DNA from: Mytilus edulis
Lineage: Eukaryota
Length of the DNA: 64,000 nt
Assembly: GCF_963676685.1 (NCBI RefSeq)
Contig: NC_092344.1
Location: 1,116,001 to 1,180,000, forward strand
Direction of reading: 5' to 3'
Shown: positions 1 to 13,144 of the stretch, piece by piece
How positions within the stretch are numbered: the first letter of the stretch is position 1
How the letters are laid out: each line of letters begins with the position of its first letter
Translations under genes and position numbers: made by a program
Notes under the pieces: model-generated
What the model was told of the DNA's origin: nothing
What the model saw: the letters and a program-made list of their open reading frames with translations, nothing else
Databases searched by the model: none

Positions 1-2421
1 TATATTTCTCGGCTTGAGGTCAATTCGTTTACCTTGTAGCTATTTAGCCGCAGGTGTGAGTTCAAGCGTACACAGGTATAACTGTTGTTATTTGGAAAGG
101 ATAAACAGAAAGAATTAGAAAGAGTATATGCTGCCATGATGTTAATACACTAAGATTTAATACACGATGAGAATAAAGATACAATAATTAAATTGTGTAA
201 ATTAATTGAAAATAAAATTCTGATTCGTAATTCCGAAAGTGTATAAAAATAAAAGGAAACAATTTTTGATTACTTTCTTAGCGGCAATTGGCGTGAAGAT
301 TCAAATATGAAGCAAAAAATAGTAGTTTTAATCTTTAATAAAAACTAAATGCAATATTACCCAATTTGATATACCATTGTACATCTGTTTGATATCTTGT
401 ACAGATAAACGACAGAATTACCATACAAGCATTTATAGTCAACACAATCAGAAAGAGTTCCCATCGTTAGACGGGGAATATGAAGGCTTCCAAGAATGAA
501 CAAGTGACATGTCTCACTCTGAACAGTTAGAAAACAGACTATCGACATCGACCGCTTGTTCTTGATATTTGAAACTGTATGCATATATATACGTATACGT
601 TTATGATATAGTGATGAGTTCTTGCGTCTGACAAAAACTAAATTCCTTCATGGTTATATCTTGCCATACGTTTATATTGGTTTGTAAGGTGATTACTCAA
701 AATCGTTATTTGAAAATCCTGTTTGTGAGATGTAGATTCATTTCAATACAGAAATTTCGTCTATATATTTCACAAGTGTATAACACGGAGAAGCTCTGAA
801 GGTTCATTACTCCCATTTTGTTTGGGTGTGAACCATCGATGTTTACAGCAATATCAAAGAATAAGGTGAAGATGGTAGAAAGAACTATGGGCGTCATGTG
901 GCATATATTACATGCATATCGGACAATGAGTTGTCAATCTGTATGAAAAGATTTCCAATACAACTATATTATTGAGAAGGAATGTTTACATGCTATACTC
1001 TCGTACTAGTATTACAGGGTTCATGTGGCGTTCACCTTAGACACACATCGTTTTAACGATGTTTAAAAAAAGACAGAACCAATTTAATGTCATATTTCCC
1101 TATTTTTTAAATATAACTAAATTCTTTTATCTGACAAGAATACCCCTATTTAGCGAACAAGTAATTTATTCTTTTTTCTGTTATTGAATACCAAGAAAGA
1201 AAATAAATCCCGAAATTAATTTGAAACTTTGATACTCAAAAGTTTCCCAGCAAAATATTCACATCCCCTGGGGATAATTAGTGTTCGTCCAGTGGCATAT
1301 ATAACAATTGTGATGACGAACTCCTTCCTTTGTTTGAGAACAATCTTATTGAAATATAAATCTGTGATTTTCCTAGGTCCACAGCTTCAATGAACCAAAG
1401 TAAAAGTTATACATCAACCTGTATTTAAATCAAATTGGTTCTCTTCTTCTTTTGGTATACAACTGTAGTCTATCGACATTCGATGATTACATACTGTTGG
1501 CATACGTGGACTAGTCTATATTCAACACTTTTACCCCTATTTATTCAAAATATATGTTTTTTTCTTATGTTCAATGTATACACGTATATATTTTAAATTG
1601 CGCTATAGTTCCGTAACTTTCTATCCAGTCGTATAAACGAATCGTCGGCAAGTGCGTACATTTTTTTAAATCAATATTTCTGGTCTGTTCCAATCTGTCC
1701 TTCACTATTGACAATGACTATAGATTACATTTTCCCAAATTCACCCTTGGAAAAAATATTTAAATAGATTTTAATTTCATCAAATCTTATTTTTTGGGTA
1801 TTATTTATATTTTTATGAATTATATTCTTTACACCAGAAATGTTATTTATAAACAAGCGTATGAGTTTAGTAATGACAAGTAAGACAGAGTTGTATATTA
1901 TACATCTGATAGTTCAAAAAGGAAAGTTATAAGTTATAAGTTATCAGCCGTGTACACTGATCAATACCTGCAGAAGTGAAACGATGCATGAACTTGCAAG
2001 CCCGACAGGAAATCGCTTGAATACCTGGACGTGTCACCTCACACCCCTCACAATACCTTTGGAAGTAATACCTTTAGCCATGCTGGTGATCAGATGAGGG
2101 AAGATCAAAATATATTTGAAAAAAGTTTATTACTTTAAAGAATTATGAACAAATTTGATTTTCGAAAACAATTTTCACGGAACACTTAATTATGATTTCG
2201 ACTTTGACTTTTCACCTAATTCCAATATCAACAGTTTAAAAACAACAGACCATGGTATTTTAAAAAAAAGTAAGAATATTTTCCGTATCAAGTTAGTTAG
2301 TCGGATTAAACAACCGTACGATTGACAAGATATCGACACGCAATTACGACTACATCGGTTACTGTAGTTTTGTTTCTTTGTGGTTTATAGACATATCGTT
2401 TTTATTCATCGGGAAAGAAGA

Positions 2422-2432
2422 CAAGATGGCGG
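2422..2432 (+). promoter_or_regulatory. YY1-like CAAGATGGCGG motif in a CpG-rich patch; possible TSS region
   Basis: CAAGATGGCGG at 2422-2432. The surrounding ~2280-2500 is visibly CpG-richer than the DNA downstream. The ATG in the motif opens only a 9-codon ORF (MADLGELIL*). Confidence 0.3.
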
Positions 2433-4076
2433 ATCTCGGAGAATTGATACTCTAAATTTAAAATCGATGGTGATCGCTTATCTAGCGGAATAAAACTTTA
2501 ATATCTATGAATTTGAGCATTTTTATACAGAATGAACATAATATCAATTTTTGATTTTTTTGCGAAGTTTCCCTTTAAATTTTTACAACTATCATTAACA
2601 CCAAGGTTTTTTACAATATCAATCTTCCTAACAATAATGGACAATATCAAACTGAAATTATAAATGAACATTACACATAACCTGAGCATTCCTCACATTT
2701 ATTTTCCTTACTTTCTTGGTGATCAGACAAACCTTTTCCTTTGATCCTCGGTGAAGAAAATTGATTCAAAATTAACATTGGTTCAATTATCTTTATTTAA
2801 TTTCATATGGGTTAAGTAATAATTGCACCTTAGTTATTATTGATAGACATATTTTATTTTACTTTATTCTGGACTAAACTATTTCTACATATAAAATTGT
2901 AGATTATAATTTTTTTTGTTGATAAAACAAAAAGAAACTATTAGGTCTCTGTAGCCCTTTAAAGTTAATTATTTCTTCTGTCTAGGACAAAATCAATACT
3001 GCAAGTATAAAACATCACAATACTGATTTATCATTAAAATAATCTTGTTCTGTCTTAAAACACAATTTACAGATATTACATCCAGTTAATTGTGTTAGGT
3101 TGTTTAGGCTCTCAGAAAACTCTTAAGAGGGTGACCTAAAAAAGATGAAACGTCCATAGCCACATATTAAAAACAATGAAAGGAAACCTACAAATTAACA
3201 ACGCTGGAAAAGTATGACATTTTTATCTGGAAGTGGTAACACTGTAGTAAATATATTTTGTTCAGCACTTGCGATAATCTCCTTTTTCAAAGTAAACTTT
3301 CAATGAACCGAGATATTGAAACACAGATAGGCATGAAGGCACGTACTACACAGAATAGTCATCCGGTTTAGTTTAACAGAAAACTTTCTTAAATATCTAA
3401 AAACATATTTTCCAAGTATTGTCATGAAATTCATCCTATTATACATTTTAAAAAAACAACCTTTAACAATGTCTGAAGAACAAGCATCTGAAGACAATAA
3501 TGACATGAGTAGGAAACTAAAATACAGAAAATATAGTGCCACACATAACACAAAAAAATAACTTTTATAAAAGATACCATGTGTACACTTAGATTGTTGT
3601 TTTTCCGATAGTACTAACTAATGAGATGAAATATCTACAAAAATATCAGTGAAATACGGACAGCATTTGAAATCTAAACAGACAGGTTTTAAATCTAATT
3701 ACTTAAAAGCAACCTTGTAACCTAAATTTGAAAACTGATTGCAAATTTAATTATAACGTGCAGCTTGGGAATCAATGCTGCGACAAATTTCATTTTAATT
3801 CCAAACAGCCTCAGCAAGATAAAGCACCAAAGTGGAAAAACATGAAGTCATTGATAAAATTTAATTAAATCACATTTTGTACTTTCAATTTCATTATTTA
3901 TCATCAAGTGAGGTAAAAAACAATTTATAAATCTGGTTTAAAAAAAATTCATAGAATAGGGATTTTAAATAGGAAATAACGTAAAACATAATGCAATGAC
4001 TGAATAAGCTGATTGAACTACCCCTGTTTTGTCTATTAAGATTAAGGAGGAACTCGATAGGGATCAAAGTTTTCTT

Positions 4077-4680
4077 TATGGTGTTCTGTTTAGGTATTAC
4101 TTTAGTCTTTGGTGCTATATGTAGGTAATGATTGGCTTAAGGTAATGCATGGTTTGTTTTTTTTTTGTGTTCTGATGAAGTAATGCTTGGCTTAGGGTGT
4201 TCTGTTGAGGTAATCCTTTTGTGTTATATCTAGGTAATGTTTGGCCATTGACATTTGTGTTATGTTCACATGGATGTAATGATCCGCCTATGTTGTTATA
4301 TTTAGGCAATCCACAATGCCTGGGTTTTGATGTTCTATTGAGAAAGTGCTTGAATTTAAGTTTTCTGTTGAGATCATGCTTTGATTTTGGTGTTCTGCTG
4401 AGATAATGCTTGGAATTTGGTGACCTGTTGATATAATGCTTAACTTCTGGTGTTCTGAAGAAATAATGCTTGGATTTTGGTAATCTGTTGAGATAATGCT
4501 TAGATTTTGGTGTTGTAGAGATAATGTTTGACTTTTTGGTGTTCTGTTGAGATAATGATTGGCTTTTAATGTTCTTTTGAGATAACGCTTGTATTTGGTG
4601 TTACTTTTATGAAATGCTTGGCTTTTGGTGTCCTGTTTAGTAATGCTTCACTTTTGGTGTTCTGTTAGGTAATACTTGTT
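4077..4680. repeat. Degenerate ~30-bp minisatellite
   Basis: Recurring unit like GGTGTTCTGTTGAGATAATGCTTGGATTTT, clearest at 4325-4680. Confidence 0.75.
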
Positions 4681-4835
4681 CAGTGTTTATGTCTCCTTTA
4701 GATGTTCTAATAGGATGAGTTTTTGTTTTAGTTAGCTGAATATTTATCTGAATTACTGCATTTCCAAAAAGATATAAAACCGTTTTCTGGGAAATGTTTT
4801 TTTAATAATGCTCCCCTATTTCTATATATGTGCAA

Positions 4836-5105
4836 AGGCCTGTTGGTGACCTTCTGCTGTTGTCTGTTCTATGTTGTCAATATAATAGAATTTGATGTGA
4901 CTGTCATACAAGTGAGAGGTTAAGAAAGCTATAAAACAAGGTTTAATCCATCCTTTTCTACATAATAAAATGCCTGTACCAAGTCAGGAATAGGAGTTTT
5001 TGTCCATTCTTTTTATTTGTTTGAGTGTTTGGTTTTACTATTTGGTTATGAACATTCCCTTTTGAAATTTCCACGGAGTTCAGTGTTTTTGCAATTTTAC
5101 TATTT
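4836..5105 (+). mobile_element. Fragments of non-autonomous dispersed repeats sharing modules with the Penelope-like 3' region at 14020-14330
   Basis: CCTGTTGGTGACCTTCTGCTGTTGTCT matches 14243-14270. GCCTGTACCAAGTCAGG matches GCCTGTCCCAAGTCAGG near 14072. Confidence 0.6.
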
Positions 5106-5688
5106 GTTTACCCTGGTGACATAAAAATGTTAATTTTGAACCATTTACTCTTTGAGAAAAACTGACTGTTGTAAAAAAAAAAGAACACACCTTATTTTTT
5201 TTAAACAACAATTTTAAAAGCTGTGTCATAGGAATAAAAATATAAAGTTTTAAAATGTGGCATGTTAATCCTATATTAAAATGTCAAATTTACATAACTT
5301 TTGTTCACTTACCTTTTATTTTAATCAAATCATTAAATGTTTGTGACTGTTAAACTTTTATGTTGTAAATAATATTTGTAAATCTTGTGGAATGTAAATA
5401 GTAATCTGGCATTAGTTCTCCACCAATCTCTGACTCCACTTTAAGTCATGATCTCTGCTGCATGTCAAGTTGTTAAGCCATCCACAGACACCAGAAGAAA
5501 ATAGTAATACTTATTCATCGCTTAATATATTTCATTGCATTAGACATAATATGTGAAAAGTATCAGACTTTATCTTTTTAAGTCAGTTAATTATCAATAA
5601 CAATCCCCTATCAGATATTGTCTGAACTATCACAATTTGATTGTCCATATTAAATCTCTTATGAATACAAAACAAGCTAAGATCTTAC

Positions 5689-5760
5689 ATTTTTTAGCCT
5701 GAGTCGATACACGATGCAACACAAGTCCTTCAATAGCAGCAGAAGGAAATCAATGGACAT
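5689..5760 (-). CDS. Candidate alternative first coding exon of an unidentified minus-strand host gene (MSIDFLLLLLKDLCCIVYRLRLKN)
   Basis: ATG at 5760-5758, 24 open codons, then a phase-0 donor AAT|GTAAGA. Local CpG enrichment at 5700-5840. No downstream exon identified. Confidence 0.3.
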
Positions 5761-8700
5761 GAGATATAAAACTGCCGTAACCACTGGCTCTCCAGATCGA
5801 ACTTCTAATGTAAACAATGGCTTCAAAATCGTGTCTTATAAAGAAACTAGTAATTCACAAGAGATTACAACAGTCTTAGACATTTCTTTCTGACAGCAAA
5901 AGGGGGGTGCAAGAAATGAAGACAATGCTCTCAACTCTTCTTACTGAAATAGACGTATTTACACTTGTATTCCAAGTGTCTGCCATTACTAAAAGTCAAA
6001 CAAGTTGGTGTAAAATGTTGCATCACAATTTAAAACATCTAAAGTCATAATAAAAAAGTGATTTTTGCATGGACACTAGAAGGTTTGGGAGACAAATTTA
6101 ATGTCAATCTTAGTAAATTCAGCTAAAGACCCAAAAGTGTAAATACATCATTGGTTGCTTAGTTATGGCATAAACAATATTGTTATCACATATTTTTTCA
6201 GTTTTTTTAGGACAAAAATATTGCAAATATAGTTCATTTAAAATGTGCCTTAATTTGGATATCCACTTTATATAAGAGGACATCAACAAAACAGTTAGAA
6301 AATCATAAAGAAGTTAGGCTAAGCTATGTCATAATGGGCTAAAGAGGTGAAAAACTATTAATAAGTTGGTATTCTTTACTTACAACCCAGAAACAAAACA
6401 TCATTCATCAGCTCAGTAGCTTCCGGTGCAAAGAAGGACAGAACAAGTATAGGAATGTGTTGCCATTACATTAGATTGACCAAATGATTAAGTCAGGCTC
6501 AGTAAATATTATCAGAAAACAGATTATCATAAATATCATGATACCTATAAATGTTATCTTTAAAGTCTTCAAAACATGGAAGTCAGCAGGCATTCAAAAT
6601 AACAATTAATTTCTCCATAGGGAACAATAGCAGTCTTTTTTTAGATACAGACTTTAAAAAGTTGTTTTTCTTGACCGACCTTATGTCAGTAAACATTTAA
6701 TAAGAAACCTGTATACTAAATAAACTGACAATTTTGTGTTAAAAAAAGGATTCATTTTGAAAACATATTTTACAAGAACATTGGTCAACTTTCTACCACT
6801 GATGAGTTTCTGTACTGACAATAAAAACACTAGCATATAAGCTCAGCATACAAGTTGGTGTTTCAATTATTAACTTGAAATTAAGACAACTTTTTATTTC
6901 AACTCCTCTCTTAAGTAAAAAATTAAGGTTTGATTAGTAATCAATTAAACATTGAAATGAAAATCCAACAGCTGTATTTAATTCTTTAGAATGGATGAGT
7001 TTTCTGTTTGAAGATGTGTCTCTGGAGAATTTCAGTATGAAATGTTAGCTATCTATTCTTTATTCAAGTTAAATTAACACTTTAATTCTCTTCATCAATT
7101 ATTCTAAGCAAGTTTAATGCATGAATTCATTACTTTTAGGTCAATAATTGGTACTTTTAATATTCAAATGAACAATATAAATTAACAATATCTATTGAAC
7201 AGAGTATACGTAAACCTTTCATCATGTTTCATTAAATTTTAATCAATATAAGGGCATGCAAAGCTGGAGCTCTGAATGCTATTTACAGTGTCTTATAATA
7301 TACAAGCTAAAGGTGCATTTGTCATGACTCATCTGTTTTGCTTCTAAAGTCTCATATTATCAAGAGAGAGACTTCAGATTATGTTGTTATGGGTGTTACA
7401 TTGAAAAATACCCTTTTAAGTCTTTGCATATCTATTTTTATGTTGAATAAGGAGATGACATTTGTTTTCAGTAGTCATCTGTTTAAACTGACCTATAACA
7501 TCTAACTTAATCAAATAGCAAATGATCAAAAACATTAATTAACTCTTCTATCAATTCTCTTCCTGGTTCGGGTTAATTGGACATTTTCTGTGTTTCATAT
7601 CATCCAATCAATTAGTTACTTTTTTTACTGGGAAAACTGTATTATCTTACTACATAACATCTATTTAAAAAGTACTTTAATTCTATCCCATAATATACAG
7701 CCCTTAGATTTCTCAAATACCCCCCAAAAACAAAATAAGTGAACCATAAAATCTAGACCAGATGAACACATATTTGGGATATATTTAAAAATTACCATCG
7801 TAATGAAAATATGAATATTATGAGTTTCAAATTGATGTGACAACTTATAAACTTCATGGGAACTTCCTTCAAACAAAACTTACAGGATGGATAGAATCAC
7901 ATTATTTTGTTATAAATGCATTATTGATGCATGCAAAAAGAAAACAAAATGAGGGTCCATGATGACTGAATTAAGTATTGGGAAAGGTTGTTTGGAATAA
8001 TACATTTTAATAAGGGGGTTAAGGATTCATAAAACTAGATGTTAATAACATTTAAGATAAGTTGAATTATTATCCAGTAAATGAAATGTACCGATAATAT
8101 CAATACAAAGATACCAATTATACATTATGACTGATCATGGAGTAATACTTTATCATATGTAAGTTTCAATTAAACTGCGTTCCAGCATTTTACAATCAAA
8201 TAAATATAAAAGAGAAACAAGAGCTTCTTTGATTGATCATCTGATCACAACACTATATGAATTATAGATACCGTAGGCCGTAAATTCAGTGACGAGAAAT
8301 ATTATACAAACCTAACAAAACTATTGATTTCTGGGAAAATCTTTGGTGTTAAATCATTCGTAAACATCTCTTTTAGTGAAAAACCAAATGCAATTTATAA
8401 CCCCATATGAATATTGACTGTGTGTTTGATAACAGAATCAATTTGACTTCCATAAGGGGATGCTAGTCCGACGTAACGATTTTTTATAAACGGATTAGTG
8501 GCATAGATTTACAGTTGGTCATGCAATGTTAATTGTTGTTAATTGGAACATGATGACGACCTATACCAACACATCAAATGATATAGGACAATGGACGAAA
8601 TGTATCCAATAATTCAATAAGTAAATTACATTCGTCATATACCCCCTGTTAATTTTAACCAGCATGTTGGAATAAGTATAATTGATCATGGCATGCACTT

Positions 8701-9846
8701 ACAAAGCTACTTCCCTGTGAATCAATACAAATGCATGTATTAGACACGAAACATATCTATTTTTTTGTCTATACTTTACTAGATACCATGTGCAGTGTAA
8801 AAAAAAAGTAAAAGTTTTACACCAAAATTGTATTATGAAGATGCCTAGTTCTCAAAATCTTATTTTCTCACAGGTGGCCTGATAAAGAAAAGATTTTTGG
8901 TCCTCATTATTATTTCTATTAAAAAATACCAAAATTGTGTCAGTCTTAGCAAAATTTGATGCCATATGGTCAAAAGCTTCAGACCAGGCCTTGCGGTTAT
9001 AAAACTTTCCAGCACGATTTTTGTACTCAGACTCAACCAATCAAAATACTGGATTTTGTGTTTCGAGCATGATTTTTGTGCTTCGAGCACTGAGCAAAGT
9101 TTTATGACTTCAACCCCAGGACTTTTCTAGAACTCTGAGATACTGGACAAGTATATATAAAAATAGAGAAGCAGTCTGACAGAAAAGAAAGATTTTAATA
9201 TCAAATATAATTATATAAATCTATGCCCATTTTTATATGTTGATTAATCAACAAAGTTTTCTGAAACTATTTTTGAAGTGGACCAGCTTATTTCCTCATC
9301 AGACATTAAGGAATAAATGATTAAATCAAAGCGCTGTAAGCGCTGAAGGCAGTTAACCAAAAACCAAGGCAACCGTAATTATGAAAACATTCATATATAG
9401 TACATACATGTTTATCTAATGATTTATTTATTAAGGCAAATAATTTATATGTTATCAAGGTTGCAAAAGCAATGCATATATCAATGTATATTTTTTATGG
9501 TGAGTCTGCAGTGGTGCAAGTTCCCAATGATTGCAGTTGTTCTACTTGGTAGTTAACCTTGGTTTTATTTGACTGCTAGAAGTTGAATTGGACTTAGTAT
9601 GAACATGTAATAGTATGAATGGACTGGTTTCCCTGGAAAGACAACTGAGTTTGTGTTCTATAGTACAAAAGTTATGAGACACGAATCAGACAAATGTTCA
9701 CTACAACAGGGATCAAAGGTGAGGTCTGACTGACCTGCCCATAGTAAATGTAAATGATTTGTTATTTTGTCTCATACATATGAATATATATAATTTAGGG
9801 GTGGGGATCTCAACGGTTTTCAAGTTCTCAAACAGGTAGGGGTAGG

Positions 9847-9982
9847 CAGAGGATTTAGAGGGCAGGGGGCCCGCCCCCCTTTTTGGGAAAAAAATTGGTT
9901 GCTTATATAGGGAATTACTGGAGCGGCCCCACTTAGGTCGGTCAGTGGGCCCCACTTATGAAAATTTCTGGATCCGCTACTG
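9847..9982. mobile_element. Short hAT-type MITE (CAG..GGATCCGCYACTG family) inserted in the 120-bp array
   Basis: Internal GGGCCCCACTTATGAAAATTTCTGGATCCGC is shared with the 37506, 40514 and 53942 copies. Flanked by GGGGTAGG on both sides (9839-9846 and 9983-9990). Confidence 0.8.
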
Positions 9983-10903
9983 GGGGTAGGGTGACCACAG
10001 GGACTTCCCCTACATTTCCTTTTATTTGTTATATTGTCCCATACATGAGTATATATGGTTTAGGGGTAAGGATCTTGACCATTTCCAAGTTCTCAAACAG
10101 GAGGGTGAACAGTGACCTCAGGGACTCCCCCTATCTTTTATTTGAATTGTTATATTGTTCCGTCCATGAAAATATATGGTTTAGGGGTGGGGATCTCATT
10201 GGTTTCCAAGTTCTCAAACAGGAGGGGTAGGGTGACCCCAGGGACTCCACCTATATTTCATTTAATTAGTTATATTGGCCCATACATGAATATATATTGT
10301 TTTGGTGTGGGGCTCTCGACCGTTTCCAAGTTCTCAAACAGGAGGGTTGGGGTGACCACAGGGACTTCCCCTATATTTCATTTGATTCGTTATATTGTCC
10401 CATACATGAGTATATATGGTTTAGGGGTAAGGATCTTGACCATTTCCAAGTTCTCAAACAGGAGGGTGAACAGTGACCTCAGGGACTCCCCCTATCTTTC
10501 ATTTGAATTGTTATATTGTCCCGTACATGAATATATATGGTTAAGGGGTGGCCATCTCAACGGGTTTCAAATTCTCAAACAGGAGGGGGTGGGGTGACCC
10601 AAGGGACTCCCCCTATATTTCATCTGATTTGTTATATTGTCCCATACATGAATATATATGGTTTAGGAGTGGGGATCTCGACCATTTTTAAATTCTAAAA
10701 ACAGGAGGAGTGGGGTGACCCCCAGCGACTCTTCCTATATTTCATTTGATTTTTCATATTGTCACAAACATGAATATATATGGTAAAGGGGTGTGGATCT
10801 CGACCGTTTCCAAGTTCTCAAACAGGAGGGGGTGGGGTAACTCCAGGGACTCCCCCTATATTTCATTTTTTATTCATTATATTGTCCTATACTTGAATAT
10901 ATG

Positions 10904-11090
10904 CAGGGGTTGATTCAGACGGGGGAGGGTTGCTGGCTTGCACACCCCTTAAATTTGCAAAGCATCGGTTGTTCTCAGCTTAATAAAGAATATTTCGATA
11001 ATTTTACCTCAATTTTTTTTTAGCCTCGCTCTGCTCAGCAAAAATTTAAGTTTGCGCCCCTCCTAACCTTAAATCCTGGATCTGCCCCTC
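10904..11090. mobile_element. hAT-type MITE with 5-bp TSD
   Basis: CAGGGGTTGATTCAG...CTGGATCTGCCCCTC termini; ATATG on both flanks. Confidence 0.75.
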
Positions 11091-12823
11091 ATATGGTTTA
11101 GGGGTGGGGAGCTCGACCGTTTCCAAGTTACCAAACAGGATGGGGTAGAGTGGACCAAAGAATGCCACCTATATATCATATGATTTACTTACATTAAGGT
11201 ATATATAATATAGTTGCATTATTTGTGAAAATAAAGAAAGAAACTTTCAGCTACTTTAATTGACCCTTCAAAATTGAGAAAAACAAATAACCCTTCGAAA
11301 TTGCAGTAGTATGTTTACACTTTAAAAGCATCTCGCATGCATTATCATCATTTATCATTTATAAAGAAAATTTAGACTGTGACCATGAACATGTATATTG
11401 TTAGATATACTGTTCCCAGCTGTCACTTTGTATTGGATTTTTAAATTAAAATTTGTCAAAAAGTAATTTTGAGTTTCTGAATAAAATATTTTTCTGTTTT
11501 TTCTTTCTTTTACATATATCTTTTGGTTTACAATCCTAGTGTTTATATTCATTTACCATGCATAGATGTATTTTTTCACCTGCTTGGATTTATTTTGTAA
11601 ATGATCGCCCAACCCGGAATTACGCTTATCCGCTTCCGGAATCGGATCCGATATTGTAAAATTTTGTCTTCACGGCTGCCATTGTTATGTGTTTACAATG
11701 TTGTTTTTGTCAATCAGATACGATTTTACTCGAATTTATACAATATTTGTCGGCGATATTCTGTATAAAGCTAGCTGTTGAACAAAATGAATATCGCTGT
11801 CATGACTAATAATGATAAAAATAAGTTTTTAGCTCGATTAATTGGAGACTTTGGTGAACATGGTGGAAGGTGACTACGCGTACGTCGGGCGTAGCTAGAA
11901 ACCAACTATCCTCTTGCAAAAGTGGAAGGTCGCGGACCTCGGACCACCGCTAATTTGCACACCTGCCTCCAAATTGAAAAGCTACGAAAATTTCTTTTTC
12001 TAATTTGAAATTGCCGCCAACAGCATGAACAGTTGAACTTATTATATAATAGATTACTGACGTAGTTGTACTACGTATTGATGACAAACAATATTCCTAC
12101 GACTTTTGTCATTTGGGAAATCTAAACTACTTGTCTTAAGAGATTTTCGGCGATAAAATATTTCATACAATTGTTATTTGACATCTTAGCTAAAAGCACA
12201 AGTCATAATGAACTACACAAGGATTCTTAATAAGCACTACTTCCTATGTGTAACTTTAAAACTTTTGGATAAATCGACGATCATTTAAGGTTTTTCTGGT
12301 CATATTTTTTGTAATCCAGAATAAAAAGTATTAAAAAAGTGTTCAATTAGTTATATATAACATAGTAGAGAGCTAGATCATAACAATGGCAAGTATTTCA
12401 GCATTTATTGGGTAGAACACAAATCTAGGGTGCTCGCATAATGCAGCTTAACTGCATAAAAACAGACTGAATTTCTATGCCAATTAAAGTTTTAATGCTT
12501 CAATGCTTTTTCTGTTTAATGTTCTATAACTATGACAGTGATAATGTGTTTTAAACTGCTTTATGCACTGTTAATAAGAAATGCTTACTGTACTTTTAAT
12601 ATTTCTGTGTTTATAGTCATAATAACTTAATAACCCTTTTTATGTAATTTATATAGACATGTATATCTATGCTTCATAATTATTTCATGCTTTGTTTTGA
12701 CAGTGTAGTTCTTGTGTGATTGGTATGCCTTGCATTGCTTCAAATATTTTTTCGTAAAAAGATATAAAGGCTCCTGAAGCTCATGTTTTGTGTATATTAA
12801 TATTTTCCTATAAGTTTTTGAAT

Positions 12824-13071
12824 GTGATTGATTTATTGTGTTTTAGGGCCACTTTTAAGCACCTGTTTTGGGCTATTTCTTGGTAGCCAGTTTTTATTGA
12901 TGTGGGAAGCTGGTGTTCCCCTGACCTTCTATAGGACAAATAACTATCTAAGTCAATTACAATCGTAGTCGTGTGCAATCTCACAAGCTGGATTTGAACT
13001 CATAACCTCAGTGTTGACTGGCTAATGAATACAGTAGTAGAACTCCATAGACCACTTGGCCACCGAGGCCC
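12824..13071 (-). mobile_element. tRNA-derived SINE (near full length)
   Basis: Minus strand begins GGGCCTCGGTGGCCAAGTGGTCTA (A box TGGCCAAGTGG), has a B box GAGTTCAAATCC (plus 12990-13001) and ends in a (CAAT)-like tail. Related 3' halves at 15864-15985 (+) and 38251-38320 (-). Confidence 0.75.
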
Positions 13072-13144
13072 ATTTTTTAAACTTAAACCTTCCAGTTTCT
13101 GGTAAAGAAGACATAAACAGAATATTCATACTTCAATTTTTAAA

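Larger units (their letters stand above)
9764..11190. repeat. ~120-121-bp tandem array (~10 units) with a 361-bp higher-order duplication, interrupted by two MITEs
   Basis: TTCCAAGTTCTCAAACAGG recurs at 10083, 10204, 10324, 10444 and onward. The variant unit GGGTAAGGATCTTGACC...GGTGAACAGTGACCTC occurs twice, 361 bp apart. Confidence 0.9.

Noticed and set aside
6795-6840. CTGATGAG as a hammerhead ribozyme core (also CTGATGA..GAAA at ~47690 and a decayed look-alike at ~63705)
   Set aside because: There is no complete stem II/GAAA/stem III arrangement; at best these are decayed remnants.
9713-10597. ORFs of 80-161 aa in the 120-bp array
   Set aside because: They are translations of tandem-repeat and MITE sequence with no domain or splice support.
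12990-13071. tRNA gene
   Set aside because: A and B boxes are present, but the sequence continues into a SINE body and tail and has no complete cloverleaf.
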